Shown here: positions 10,039 through 19,702 of the stretch, one piece after another
Position numbering within the stretch: position 1 is the first letter of the stretch
How the letters are laid out: every line of letters starts with the position of its first letter
From: Deltaproteobacteria bacterium
Lineage (GTDB): Bacteria; Desulfobacterota; Dissulfuribacteria; Dissulfuribacterales; QOAL01
Direction: 5' to 3'
NCBI GenBank assembly: GCA_015494395.1
Contig: WGBG01000068.1
Span: 34,079-98,078, forward strand
Length of the DNA stretch: 64,000 nt
Program-made: the position numbers and the translations under genes
Notes under the pieces: generated by a model
What the model was told of the DNA's origin: nothing
The model's database searches: none
The model's input: only the letters and a program-made list of their open reading frames with translations

Positions 10039-10644
10039 TTAACCTCTCTTTCGCGCCAGCAGAATCCAGCTTCTGGGGGGAGGCTCCATGTCTGAGTCAA
10101 AGTGTCCGGATTTCAGCAGAATGATTTCAAACAGGGGTTCAACAGCCGTAACAATTTCGCTGGCGGTTAGCTGGGGCGGGCCATTTCCCTCTCTTTTTTC
10201 GTCGGCGTTTCCGATAAGGCTAAGCCAGAAGCTTCCTGCCTTCAGGTGTGCTGCAACAGCTTTAACAAATTTTTCTCTCAGCTCACCTGAGTCAGAGGCG
10301 TGAAAACATCCCCTGTCAAATACAAAATCAAAGGGTACTTCATCCAACGGGTTTTCAATGATATTTTTAAGCAGGAATTCACATTCTACTCCTGCCTTTG
10401 ATGCCTTGCTGCATGCCTTTTGCCTTGCAAGATCCACGATTTCAGTCCCTGTTACCTGAAAACCGCTTTGTGCAAGGAAAATGGCGTTGTCCCCGGTTCC
10501 ACACCCTATATCAAGCGCCCTTTTGCCTGTTATTTTGTGCTCTTCAATGATCTTTTTCAGGTTGGAGTCCGCCCGTCCTGTGTCCCAGGGCGTGTTGCCT
10601 GTGGCGTATCGTTCTTCAAAACGTGTTTTTATATCTTTTTTCAT
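10039..10644 (-). CDS. class I SAM-dependent methyltransferase
   Basis: 201-aa ORF with SAM-binding motif I (ALDIGCGTGDNAIFLA) and the downstream acidic residue pattern. Confidence 0.75.
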   Translation of the reverse strand: MKKDIKTRFEERYATGNTPWDTGRADSNLKKIIEEHKITGKRALDIGCGTGDNAIFLAQSGFQVTGTEIVDLARQKACSKASKAGVECEFLLKNIIENPLDEVPFDFVFDRGCFHASDSGELREKFVKAVAAHLKAGSFWLSLIGNADEKREGNGPPQLTASEIVTAVEPLFEIILLKSGHFDSDMEPPPRSWILLARKRG

Positions 10645-10745
10645 ATTTTGATCGTGTCCTGTATTTTAACTGTGCCCCAGCTTGAGCTTCTTAACTGCCC
10701 ACTTCACTCAAGACGCAAAGGACGCCAGGGAAAAGTCAAAATTAT

Positions 10746-10775
10746 TTGCGTTCTTGGCGGCCTTTGCGGTTCAGC
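10746..10775 (-). repeat. short dispersed repeat (about 30 bp), copy 1
   Basis: The reverse complement GCTGAACCGCAAAGGCCGCCAAGAACGCAA matches 14687-14718 with 2 mismatches. It also pairs with GACGCAAAGGACGCCAGGG at 10712-10730 to form a local hairpin. Confidence 0.6.
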
Positions 10776-10883
10776 TTTTGTCTGTTTTCGGAGAAAATAG
10801 TGCTGTCCCTACATTATTCAAACCGTTGCTCATGTCGTGTAACTGTGTATGAACCCAAACATAGGTTGCCTGTCAATATGTGA

Positions 10884-12992
10884 ATGGGGTATACTTCTAA
10901 ATTTATGGCACGTATTCGAAAAGTAAGCAAAAAATCTGCATCAGCATCAAAGAAACGTCAGCGGGTCTGGGGGGCAGGTGCCCTCCTGTTTATCATATGG
11001 TCATGCACCATGATGATAACCATAGTTGTGGGTGCCCTTGCAGCCGGCTACATGATGCTTGGTCTTCCTGAGATATCAAGCCTCCATTCATACAGGCCTG
11101 CAATGGTTACAGAGGTTCTGGATTCAAGTTACAAGCCCATTGCCTACTGGTACAAGGAAAAACGCTGGCCACTTCCAATGTCCCAGATCCCTGAACAGGT
11201 GGCAAATGCATTCCTGGCAGCTGAAGATGCCAGGTTTTATGAACATGGCGGCATTGATTTCATGGGGGTACTTCGTGCTGTCATAAAAAATGTGGAGGCT
11301 GGCGGAATTGTTCAGGGAGCCAGTACCATCACCCAGCAGGTTACCCGTGCACTTCTCCTTACCCCTGAGCGAAGCTGGATAAGAAAGCTTAAGGAGGCGC
11401 TTCTTGCATGGCAGATTGATGCCTCCCTCACCAAGGACGAAATTCTTTGCATATATCTCAACCAGATTTATCTGGGCCAGGGTGCATACGGTGTTGAAGC
11501 CGCTGCCCGCACATACTTTGCAAAGCACGTCTATCAGCTCAATCTTGCAGAGTGTGCAATGCTGGCAGGGCTTCCCCAGGCACCCAGCCGTTACAATCCT
11601 GCAAAACATTTTGACCGTGCGAAGAAGAGACAGCTTTACGTGCTCAGACGCATGGTGGAGGAGGGGTTTGTTACCCCTGAGGAGGCAGAGCAGGCCCGTA
11701 ATACCCGGCTGGTTATCCAGTCTGAAAAACTGGATGTGCCCACCGGGGCTGAATATTTTATCGCCCATGTAAGGAAGGAACTTGCCGCCCGTTACGGAGA
11801 GGAGAGGCTGCTAACCGATGGGCTTACGGTTGTTACCACCCTTGACAGGAGATGGCAGGAGCATGCCGCAGAGACCATTCGGGAGGGTATTGATAACCTT
11901 CTCATGCGGCATAAGAAGGATAAGGCGCTGAAGGAGAATGTGCAGTCTGCCCTTGTCTCAATGGAGGCTGAGACCGGTGCTGTTCGTGCCCTGTGGGGAG
12001 GAGATGATTTCAGGAAGAGCCAGTTTGATCTGGCTATTCAGGGAAGGATGCAGCCAGGTTCATGTTTCAAGCCCATTGTCTATGCCACCTGCCTCAAGGA
12101 GCATGTAATCGCCCCGAACTCACTGATGATTGATGAACCCCTCTCTCTTCCCGGAGCGGATCCTTCAAAACCCTGGCAGCCGGAAAACTTTGACAAGAAA
12201 TACATGGGGCCCATAACCATTCGAACAGCCCTTACCTATTCCAGGAATGTGATTTCTGTAAAGTTGGTCCGTCTTGTAGGGCCAAAGGCCGTGGTTGAAC
12301 AGGCAAGGCGCATGGGCATCACGGTGCCCATTGCAAACAATCTCTCCATAGCACTGGGGTCGTCGGCTGTCCCGCCTATTCAGCTTGTACAGGCATACAG
12401 CACATTTCCAAACCTTGGCAAGACCGTGCAGCCGCAGTTTGTGGATGCAGTGCTTGACCGTGACGAGAGGCTGCTTGAAGAACTTGAGCCCCAATACAAT
12501 GAATCACTTGATCCGGTTACTGCGTTCCAGATGGTTCTGCTCCTTGAAAGCGTGGTGCAGGAGGGCACCGGGCGGTATGCAAAGAGGCTTAAGTGGCCTG
12601 TAGGAGGCAAAACAGGCACTACGGACAATTACAAGGATGCCTGGTTCATGGGGTTCAGCCCTGAGGTTGTTACAGGTGTTTGGGTGGGCAGAAAGGACAA
12701 GAAGCCCTTGGGACGTCTGGAGACAGGGGGTAAGGTGGCGTGCCCCATCTGGACTGCTTTTATGAAAATTACCATTGAAAATGCGCAGAAAAAGGATTTT
12801 TCCGTACCTGAGGGGGTTGCCCTGGTGCCTGTGGACAAGAGGACCGGTGAGATAGTGACGTTAAATCCTGGTGAAGACAAATATGTGGTGTGGGAGGCGT
12901 TTCCTGTGGATGATCTTCCAACCCTGGAGCCGAGTACCGGCATCTTTAATGTCCCATCCATATTGGAAAAGTTAGGCGACCTGTTCAGGTAA
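10884..12992 (+). CDS. mrcA: penicillin-binding protein 1A (bifunctional transglycosylase/transpeptidase)
   Basis: 702-aa ORF with an N-terminal TM anchor, GT51 motifs (EDARFYEHGGID, GASTITQQ) and transpeptidase motifs SCFKP (SxxK), SRN and KTGT. Confidence 0.9.
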   Translation: MGYTSKFMARIRKVSKKSASASKKRQRVWGAGALLFIIWSCTMMITIVVGALAAGYMMLGLPEISSLHSYRPAMVTEVLDSSYKPIAYWYKEKRWPLPMSQIPEQVANAFLAAEDARFYEHGGIDFMGVLRAVIKNVEAGGIVQGASTITQQVTRALLLTPERSWIRKLKEALLAWQIDASLTKDEILCIYLNQIYLGQGAYGVEAAARTYFAKHVYQLNLAECAMLAGLPQAPSRYNPAKHFDRAKKRQLYVLRRMVEEGFVTPEEAEQARNTRLVIQSEKLDVPTGAEYFIAHVRKELAARYGEERLLTDGLTVVTTLDRRWQEHAAETIREGIDNLLMRHKKDKALKENVQSALVSMEAETGAVRALWGGDDFRKSQFDLAIQGRMQPGSCFKPIVYATCLKEHVIAPNSLMIDEPLSLPGADPSKPWQPENFDKKYMGPITIRTALTYSRNVISVKLVRLVGPKAVVEQARRMGITVPIANNLSIALGSSAVPPIQLVQAYSTFPNLGKTVQPQFVDAVLDRDERLLEELEPQYNESLDPVTAFQMVLLLESVVQEGTGRYAKRLKWPVGGKTGTTDNYKDAWFMGFSPEVVTGVWVGRKDKKPLGRLETGGKVACPIWTAFMKITIENAQKKDFSVPEGVALVPVDKRTGEIVTLNPGEDKYVVWEAFPVDDLPTLEPSTGIFNVPSILEKLGDLFR

Positions 12993-13019
12993 AAACAACT
13001 GAAGTTTTCAAATAAAGGA

Positions 13020-13238
13020 GTATCTATTCAGTGTGATAATTGGTCTTGTTTTGGAGTGACTTTGAAGAATTTCGTAGTTTTTCTTGGGGAAGCGCAGCCA
13101 GAAAATCGCGTTTGTCTGAGCGAGGCACGAGCGAGTTTCGCGATTTTGGCGAAGCAAGCCTTGGAAAAACAAGAAATTGTTCTCCGGAACGGAAAAACAA
13201 GACCAATTATCAACCTTAAAAATACGCTGAACAGTTAC
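13020..13238 (-). mobile_element. MITE family 1, copy 3 (219 bp)
   Basis: Inverted orientation. Perfect 8-bp TSD ATAAAGGA at 13012-13019 and 13239-13246. The downstream TSD copy provides the AAGGA Shine-Dalgarno sequence of the next gene. Confidence 0.92.
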
Positions 13239-13252
13239 ATAAAGGAATAAAT

Positions 13253-14623
13253 ATGAACTCAAATACAGATGCCATAGAACTTACGCGCAGGCTTGAAAGC
13301 CTTGTGCCACGCAAGCTCGGTGCACTTTTTAAGGAGTATGGCATGGACGTGACCGATGTCCTTGCCGGCCTTAAGTGGAAGCCCCTGGTGCTTGTCATTG
13401 GGAATTACTCCTCTGGCAAATCCACGTTTATCAACGAGGTGCTTGGCCGGGAGGTGCAGCGGACAGGCCAGGCCCCTACTGACGACAGTTTTACTGTGCT
13501 TGCCGGGGCATCGCCTGAAGAATCAGGCAGGGAGATACCAGGAAGCACTGTTATCCGCGACGAGAATCTGCCGTTTCAGCCTTTGCGCCACTTTGGGGAG
13601 AGCCTCATGTCTCATTTTACAATGAAGCAGGTTTACTCCCCTGTGCTTGAAGACATAGCAATAATAGATACCCCTGGCATGCTTGATTCCGTAACTGAAA
13701 AGGATCGCGGATACGACTATCTTGGGGTAATTGGAGAACTTGCCAAGCTTTCTGACCTTGTGGTGCTGATGTTTGATCCACACAAGGCAGGCACCATCAA
13801 GGAAACCTATCAGGTCATAAGGAGCACCCTTACCGGTTCTGCAGGGGAGGACCGTGTGAGGTATGTGCTTAACAGGATAGATGAATGTGATAATATTACA
13901 GATCTTCTCAGGGCTTATGGCACCCTTTGCTGGAATCTCTCCCAGATGACAGGCCGCAAGGATCTGCCGCGAATCTACCTGACATACGCACCATGCGATG
14001 ATTCCAGGCTGCCTCCCGGCTTTGAGGCTTGGAAGGGTGAAAGGGATGACCTCAAGAAGTCTCTTCGTTCGGCTCCGCTTCTCAGGCTTGACCATATTCT
14101 GCAGCAGGTTGATACCTCGGTGAGGGAACTCAGGATACTGGTGGAGGCTTTGGAAAAGTTCAGGCAGGGGTTCCTGGCACAGCTCAAATCCTCAATCAAG
14201 ACCTGGGGCCTGGTTGTCCTCATTGCCTTTCTGTTTGGGGATACATTTACACACATTGTGGCAGGCTATCCGGATGTATCCTTCCTGGGTGCCCTGTTAT
14301 CCGGGCATGTGGAGCCGGGAAATCTGGTCTGGCCCTTTATCTGGGCACTGGTTGCTGCCTGTGCTGGCATTTTCTGGGTTCAGAAGGTAAAATTTCCTGC
14401 ATATACCAAAAAGGTGCTGGGGAGCGTTGATTCCCTGGTGAAACTTGATACTACCTACAGCATGGATCTGTGGCAGAGGGTTAAGGGACGGGTGCGTGAG
14501 CTTATAAAGACCAATCCTTTTCAACAGGTAAGGACATCCCATGCCAGGAACCTTGAAAAGATTGATGCCTTTCTCTCATCGGATCTGAAGAAGTTTTTCA
14601 GGGAACTGGGACGGGAACGCTAA
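13253..14623 (+). CDS. dynamin-superfamily NTPase with an EHD-like G domain and a C-terminal TM hairpin
   Basis: 456-aa ORF with P-loop GNYSSGKST, DTPG and NRID (G4). Collinear blocks resemble eukaryotic EHD proteins (see finding). Two C-terminal hydrophobic helices are present (LVVLIAFLFGDTF..., LVWPFIWALVAACAGIFWV). Confidence 0.7.
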   Translation: MNSNTDAIELTRRLESLVPRKLGALFKEYGMDVTDVLAGLKWKPLVLVIGNYSSGKSTFINEVLGREVQRTGQAPTDDSFTVLAGASPEESGREIPGSTVIRDENLPFQPLRHFGESLMSHFTMKQVYSPVLEDIAIIDTPGMLDSVTEKDRGYDYLGVIGELAKLSDLVVLMFDPHKAGTIKETYQVIRSTLTGSAGEDRVRYVLNRIDECDNITDLLRAYGTLCWNLSQMTGRKDLPRIYLTYAPCDDSRLPPGFEAWKGERDDLKKSLRSAPLLRLDHILQQVDTSVRELRILVEALEKFRQGFLAQLKSSIKTWGLVVLIAFLFGDTFTHIVAGYPDVSFLGALLSGHVEPGNLVWPFIWALVAACAGIFWVQKVKFPAYTKKVLGSVDSLVKLDTTYSMDLWQRVKGRVRELIKTNPFQQVRTSHARNLEKIDAFLSSDLKKFFRELGRER

Positions 14624-14686
14624 TCGTTAATGTTTGCGGCGTGGTGGAATTTTTGCACGTCTTTTCACTGTGAAAGTGGCTTAATA

Positions 14687-14718
14687 GCTGAACCGCAAAG
14701 GACGCCAAGGACGCAAAG
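14687..14718 (+). repeat. short dispersed repeat (about 30 bp), copy 2
   Basis: GCTGAACCGCAAAGGACGCCAAGGACGCAAAG, related to the inverted copy at 10746-10775. Confidence 0.6.
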
Positions 14719-14794
14719 AAAGAAGCTCAAGGCTGAAAGCTAAGGGCTCAAAGTATTCAAGACTGTAAGTATTTCTTAATAATTCGGAGGAGTT

Positions 14795-15544
14795 ATGTCC
14801 GGACATTCCAAGTGGAGTACAATCAAACACAAGAAGGCGGCAACAGATGCCAAGCGTGGTAAGATTTTTACCAAACTTATCAAGGAGATAACCGTTGCAG
14901 CAAGGCTGGGGGGAGGAGACCCTTCTGCAAATCCCAGGCTTCGTGCAGCCATTGACTCTGCAAAGAGTCAGAACATGCCCAAGAGCAATATTGAGCGCGC
15001 CATCAAGAAGGGTACCGGCGAGCTTGAAGGTGTTAATTACGAAGAGATCACATACGAGGGCTATGGTCCTGGCGGGGTTGCGGTGCTTGTTGAAACCATT
15101 ACTGACAACCGGCAGCGCACGGTTGCAGAGGTCAGGCATCTGCTTTCAAAACGTGGCGGCAACATGGGTGAGCCTGGCAGCGTTTCCTGGGTTTTTGAGA
15201 AAAAGGGCCTTGTTGTAATTGAGAAGGACAAGGTTGATGAAGAAACATTGATGGATGTTGCCCTTGAGGCAGGGGCAGATGACATTCGTGATGAGGGTAG
15301 TGAGTGGGAGGTTGAGACTGCCCCTGAGGCACTTCCTGCCGTGCGTGATGCCATAAAGGAGGCAGGTATTGAGATTATCTCCGCCGAGGTGTCAATGGTC
15401 CCCTCAAATACAGTGAAACTGGAAGACGAAAAACAGGCAAAGCAGATGCTTCTTCTCATGGAGGCCCTTGAGGAGAATGATGACGTGCAGAATGTCTATG
15501 CCAATTTTGATATCCCGGAGGATATCCTTAAGAAGGTAGCATGA
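14795..15544 (+). CDS. yebC: YebC/PmpR family DNA-binding transcriptional regulator
   Basis: 249-aa ORF with the family-typical N-terminus [28 protein letters not shown]. It lies upstream of ruvCAB, as in many bacteria. Confidence 0.92.
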   Translation: MSGHSKWSTIKHKKAATDAKRGKIFTKLIKEITVAARLGGGDPSANPRLRAAIDSAKSQNMPKSNIERAIKKGTGELEGVNYEEITYEGYGPGGVAVLVETITDNRQRTVAEVRHLLSKRGGNMGEPGSVSWVFEKKGLVVIEKDKVDEETLMDVALEAGADDIRDEGSEWEVETAPEALPAVRDAIKEAGIEIISAEVSMVPSNTVKLEDEKQAKQMLLLMEALEENDDVQNVYANFDIPEDILKKVA

Positions 15545-15560
15545 CAGGTATTTCTAGTTC

Positions 15561-16055
15561 ATGGTTATAATGGGCGTTGATCCAGGTTCCCGGATTACAG
15601 GCATCGGGGTTGTGGAATCCATTGGAAGCAGCCTGCGCTGTCTTGGTGCTGCTGTAATCAGGGTGGCTGGCGAACCCAGTTTTGTTAACCGGCTTGACCG
15701 GCTTTACCAGGGGGTGGCTGGTGCGATTGATAAGTACGCCCCTGATGTCTTTGCCATTGAAGACCTGTTTTTTGCCAGGAATGCCAAAAGTGCGCTTAAA
15801 CTGGGCCATGCCAGGGCATCTGCAATGCTTGCAGCGGTCCATGCCGGGCTTGATGTGTATGAGTACACTCCGCTTGCCATCAAAAAGGCTGTGGTTGGAT
15901 ATGGAAAGGCGGAAAAGGTGCAGGTGCAGCAGATGGTCAAGGTGCTGCTCAATCTGAATTCCATACCTCCTGCCGATGCCGCAGATGCCCTGGCCGTTGC
16001 AATCTGTCATGCAAACAGCGCCCGGCTGTCATTTTCACCTGTATGTGTGGCCTGA
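15561..16055 (+). CDS. ruvC: crossover junction endodeoxyribonuclease RuvC
   Basis: 164-aa ORF with GVDPGSRITGIGVV at the N-terminus and conserved acidic residues. It sits in a ruvCAB context. Confidence 0.9.
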   Translation: MVIMGVDPGSRITGIGVVESIGSSLRCLGAAVIRVAGEPSFVNRLDRLYQGVAGAIDKYAPDVFAIEDLFFARNAKSALKLGHARASAMLAAVHAGLDVYEYTPLAIKKAVVGYGKAEKVQVQQMVKVLLNLNSIPPADAADALAVAICHANSARLSFSPVCVA

Positions 16056-16164
16056 GGTAGTCTATGTATTTTTTGTCCGGCAGGTGGCTGATTGTGCGGC
16101 AGTGGCATGCGGCAGCATTTTTATGATTCTGTGAATTTTCGCAGCAGGTGCATGGTTAATCCTC

Positions 16165-16806
16165 ATGATAGGTTTTCTTAAAGGCATAGTGTATGCCCGG
16201 GAGGCAGGAAGGCTTTTGCTTGACGTGGGTGGAGTGGGGTACGAGCTTTTCATGCCTGATCGGGATCTTCAAAGCCTGCCGCCAGTGGGTGAGGAGGCAT
16301 TTGTCCATGTGCATACAGTCTTCAGGGATGATGCAATTTCCCTTTTTGGTTTTTCAAACAGCAGGCGCCGGGAGCTTTTTCTTATGCTCCTTGAGGTTTC
16401 CGGCGTGGGGCCAAGGCTTGCAATGAACGTGCTTGCCGCATCTTCTGCAAATGACCTTCTTCAGGCACTTGCCCGCGGGGAACATGCTGCGCTTCAGGCA
16501 ATTCATGGTGTTGGCAGGAAGACCGCAGCGAGGCTCTGCGTGGACCTTAAGGAAAAGGCAGCAAAGCTTCTGCAGCAGGGCGGCAAGGAGGCGGATTCCA
16601 GCGGAAGTGCCCTGTCTTCAGAGCCCCTTGTTTCAGGTGGCAGTACTGCCTCAGATGCTGTATCTGCCCTTGTTAACCTTGGCTGGCGTGAGAACGATGC
16701 TGCAAAGGCAGTCTCTGCGGTTATCAAGGAGTCAGGTGAGAGCGATGATATTCAGGTGCTTATAACCCGTGCCATGTCCAGGCTCTCTAGGCTTGGCAGA
16801 AAGTGA
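16165..16806 (+). CDS. ruvA: Holliday junction branch migration complex subunit RuvA
   Basis: 213-aa ORF starting MIGFLKG, with helix-hairpin-helix GVGPRLA / GVGRKTA motifs. Confidence 0.92.
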   Translation: MIGFLKGIVYAREAGRLLLDVGGVGYELFMPDRDLQSLPPVGEEAFVHVHTVFRDDAISLFGFSNSRRRELFLMLLEVSGVGPRLAMNVLAASSANDLLQALARGEHAALQAIHGVGRKTAARLCVDLKEKAAKLLQQGGKEADSSGSALSSEPLVSGGSTASDAVSALVNLGWRENDAAKAVSAVIKESGESDDIQVLITRAMSRLSRLGRK

Positions 16807-17855
16807 TGGTCAGCGATACTTTCATGAAGTTTCCCCCTGATGATCTTGTTGATGATCTTGTTACAGAAGAGCTTTCTGCCTCCATTCTTCCTGAAGACAG
16901 GGCTTCAGAGCCTGGTTTAAGGCCCCTGACCCTTGACCAGTACGTGGGGCAGACCGAGGTTGTTGACAGCCTGAGGCTTTTTATTACAGCAGCAAAGAAG
17001 CGGGGAACTGCCCTTGATCATGTGTTGCTTCACGGTCATCCCGGTCTTGGAAAGACAACCCTTGCAAACATCATATCAGCAGAGCTTGGAACCGGAATAA
17101 GATGCACCTCCGGCCCTGTTATTGAGCGCCCTGGTGACCTTGCAGCAATCTTAACAAATCTTCAGCAGGGTGAGGTGCTGTTTATTGATGAGATCCACCG
17201 CCTGAGTCCTGTGGTGGAGGAGATACTATATCCGGCAATGGAGGACTTCAAGCTGGATCTTATCATCGGACAGGGACCAAGCGCACGTACAATCAAGATA
17301 GATATTCCTCCATTTACCATGGTTGGCGCAACAACCAGGGCAGGGCTTCTGTCTCCACCCCTGAGAGACCGTTTTGGTGTGGTGCTCAGGGTGGAGTTTT
17401 ATGAAGATATTCACCTTAAAGAGATTGTTGAGCGATCAGCAAGAATAATGGGAATCCACCTGGACAGTGACGGGGCAATGGAGATTGCACGCCGCTCCAG
17501 GGGAACGCCAAGGATTGCAAACCGCCTGCTTCGAAGGGTCAGGGATTTTGCAGAGGTCAGGGCAGATGGTCGGATAACCAGGGAGGTTGCTGATGCCGGC
17601 CTGAATATGCTTCACGTTGACACCCAGGGCCTTGATCGAATGGACAGGGAGATCCTGACCATGATAATAGACCGTTTTGGCGGAGGGCCAGTGGGCCTTG
17701 ACACCCTTGCAACGTCCATTGGAGAGGATAGCGGAACTATTGAAGATGTGTATGAGCCCTTTTTGATTCTGAAAGGCTATATTCACCGTACACCACGCGG
17801 CCGCGTTGCCACAGACCTTGCTTACAGGCATCTGGGCAGAGAGCGGAAACAGTAA
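16803..17855 (+). CDS. ruvB: Holliday junction DNA helicase RuvB
   Basis: 350-aa ORF with Walker [12 protein letters not shown] and Walker B LFIDEIH. It overlaps the ruvA stop by 4 nt. Confidence 0.95.
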   Translation: MMVSDTFMKFPPDDLVDDLVTEELSASILPEDRASEPGLRPLTLDQYVGQTEVVDSLRLFITAAKKRGTALDHVLLHGHPGLGKTTLANIISAELGTGIRCTSGPVIERPGDLAAILTNLQQGEVLFIDEIHRLSPVVEEILYPAMEDFKLDLIIGQGPSARTIKIDIPPFTMVGATTRAGLLSPPLRDRFGVVLRVEFYEDIHLKEIVERSARIMGIHLDSDGAMEIARRSRGTPRIANRLLRRVRDFAEVRADGRITREVADAGLNMLHVDTQGLDRMDREILTMIIDRFGGGPVGLDTLATSIGEDSGTIEDVYEPFLILKGYIHRTPRGRVATDLAYRHLGRERKQ

Positions 17856-17896
17856 AAGGCACGAAAGGCTGCACCATCTGAAAATTTCTTTTTATC

Positions 17897-18949
17897 CTAC
17901 AAAAGGTAAAATGACCCATAACACCACTTGCTGAAGAGCTTTGGGGGATTTTTTCGTTTCTTAAGGCCTGCGGCCAGGGGAAGCAGGTCGTCCATGTGCA
18001 TGCCGGGATAAATTGTAAGGTTCACCCTTGGGCCAGGGTGTGTCTGTGCCTCCTTTGCATCAACGCTTACCTCAATCCTGTGGCATATATTTTTTATCAG
18101 GGCATTTTCCTCAATGTCACTTCCATCCCTTTGTGAAAGTTCATCCCTGAGTTCATCCATGAGCTTCATCACCCCGTCCGAAAGCTTTGATTTAAGGGCA
18201 GGGTCCTCAACTTCCCGGGGAAGCTGCAGGTTCAGGATCTCTTTGGCGATCTTTCCAGTGGCCTTTTCGTATGCCCGGTCCAATATATCCTTTATAGCAA
18301 TACTTTCTCCAAGGGGCCATGTATCAAGAGGTGTGTCATCGTAACGGTTTGCAAGCCGCATCCATGCCTTGAGGCGGCGCTCCGGCATGTTCAGCATCTT
18401 TATTCCGTACAGATCCGGCCTGGTTTCTTCGTGTGGCAGGGAAATTCCAGTCTCTTCCTCCGGCAGTTCATCCCCCATGATTTCCGTGAGTTTTTTCTTC
18501 TTTTCCTCAAGTTTTTTTATCTCAAGCTCCAGCAGATCATCCTGCATGTCATTTTCCAGGGCTATCTGAAGGAAGAGCCTTGTCTGCAGCATGGCCTGGC
18601 CGGTCTTTTTCTGCTTGATTGATGAAAATATACTGGAGACAGATTCCGCGGCAGGCTGAAATGCCTCTGTGTGGATGGATTCTGCAACGCTCTTGTTGTC
18701 AAGCCCCATCTGTTCTCCCCACACCTTCATCTCCCTGAGGATTTTACGGAATCTTTTCTTTTTTTCAGGAGGCGAGGGGGCTATGCGGTGTATGTACAGT
18801 GGTGTGCTGAATCCCGGTGCCTTGACAGGTGAAAGTTCCTCGTCATCTGTTGGGGACAGCACATTGACGCTTGAAAACATCAGGGAAAGCGTATTGATGA
18901 CATTGTGGCGCAAGTAGTTAACCGGATATATTAAAGGTGCTATCTGCAT
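17897..18949 (-). CDS. hypothetical protein with a central acidic coiled-coil segment
   Basis: 350-aa ORF convergent with ruvB. I recognise no motif in it. The coding call rests on ORF length and the absence of a competing gene. Confidence 0.5.
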   Translation of the reverse strand: MQIAPLIYPVNYLRHNVINTLSLMFSSVNVLSPTDDEELSPVKAPGFSTPLYIHRIAPSPPEKKKRFRKILREMKVWGEQMGLDNKSVAESIHTEAFQPAAESVSSIFSSIKQKKTGQAMLQTRLFLQIALENDMQDDLLELEIKKLEEKKKKLTEIMGDELPEEETGISLPHEETRPDLYGIKMLNMPERRLKAWMRLANRYDDTPLDTWPLGESIAIKDILDRAYEKATGKIAKEILNLQLPREVEDPALKSKLSDGVMKLMDELRDELSQRDGSDIEENALIKNICHRIEVSVDAKEAQTHPGPRVNLTIYPGMHMDDLLPLAAGLKKRKNPPKLFSKWCYGSFYLL

Positions 18950-19198
18950 GTGTTCGTTAAGCTCCTGTGGAATGTTGGATTTCTCTGTCTGTGTAATATG
19001 TGTAATAAACCTGCAAGAGGGTTGACAGTCAACCTCTTATATGCCATTGATTGACTTGCAATGAAAAGGGCTGTTCCACCGGTAGAATTATGGGCAGATG
19101 TTTGAACTGCTCATCTCAGGTACTGGCCCTGTTCAAAGATTAAGATGGAAATTGTACCAACTGGCCTCCTGCCAGGTTTTGATATTGAGGAATGACAT

Positions 19199-19699
19199 AT
19201 GATCAACGGTAACAAACGGATAGAAATTGATCTTCCCTGCGGAATTTTTTACGACCTTTCCAACCTTATTCTTGATTTGAATGGTACGCTTACCGTTGAC
19301 GGCGAATTTATTGACGGTGTGGTTGAAAGATTAAAGACCATATCCCGGGTTCTGGATGTTTATGTTCTCACTGCCGATACATATCAGAGCCTTGAAGGCC
19401 TGACACGGGAACTCAGGGATGGATGCTGTGTTAATGTGCACTGTCTTGAGTCAGGACGCGGCGATTTGCAGAAACTGGCATTCCTTGAGGAGCTTGGAAG
19501 GGAGCATACCATTGCCATTGGTAACGGCTGCAATGACGCCCTGATGCTGAAGGAGGCCGCCCTTGGAGTGTGTATCATGGGTAAGGAGGGTGCATCTGGT
19601 GATGCCCTGAGGGTTGCAGATGTTGTATTTCCTCATATATGTGATGCCCTTGATATGTTTCTTAAGAGAAACAGGCTCATAGCCACACTTAGAAAGTAA
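19199..19699 (+). CDS. HAD-superfamily hydrolase (soluble P-type-ATPase-like, COG4087-type)
   Basis: 166-aa ORF with the motifs LILDLNGTL and GNGCNDALMLKEAALGV. Confidence 0.7.
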   Translation: MINGNKRIEIDLPCGIFYDLSNLILDLNGTLTVDGEFIDGVVERLKTISRVLDVYVLTADTYQSLEGLTRELRDGCCVNVHCLESGRGDLQKLAFLEELGREHTIAIGNGCNDALMLKEAALGVCIMGKEGASGDALRVADVVFPHICDALDMFLKRNRLIATLRK

Positions 19700-19702
19700 T
19701 AG

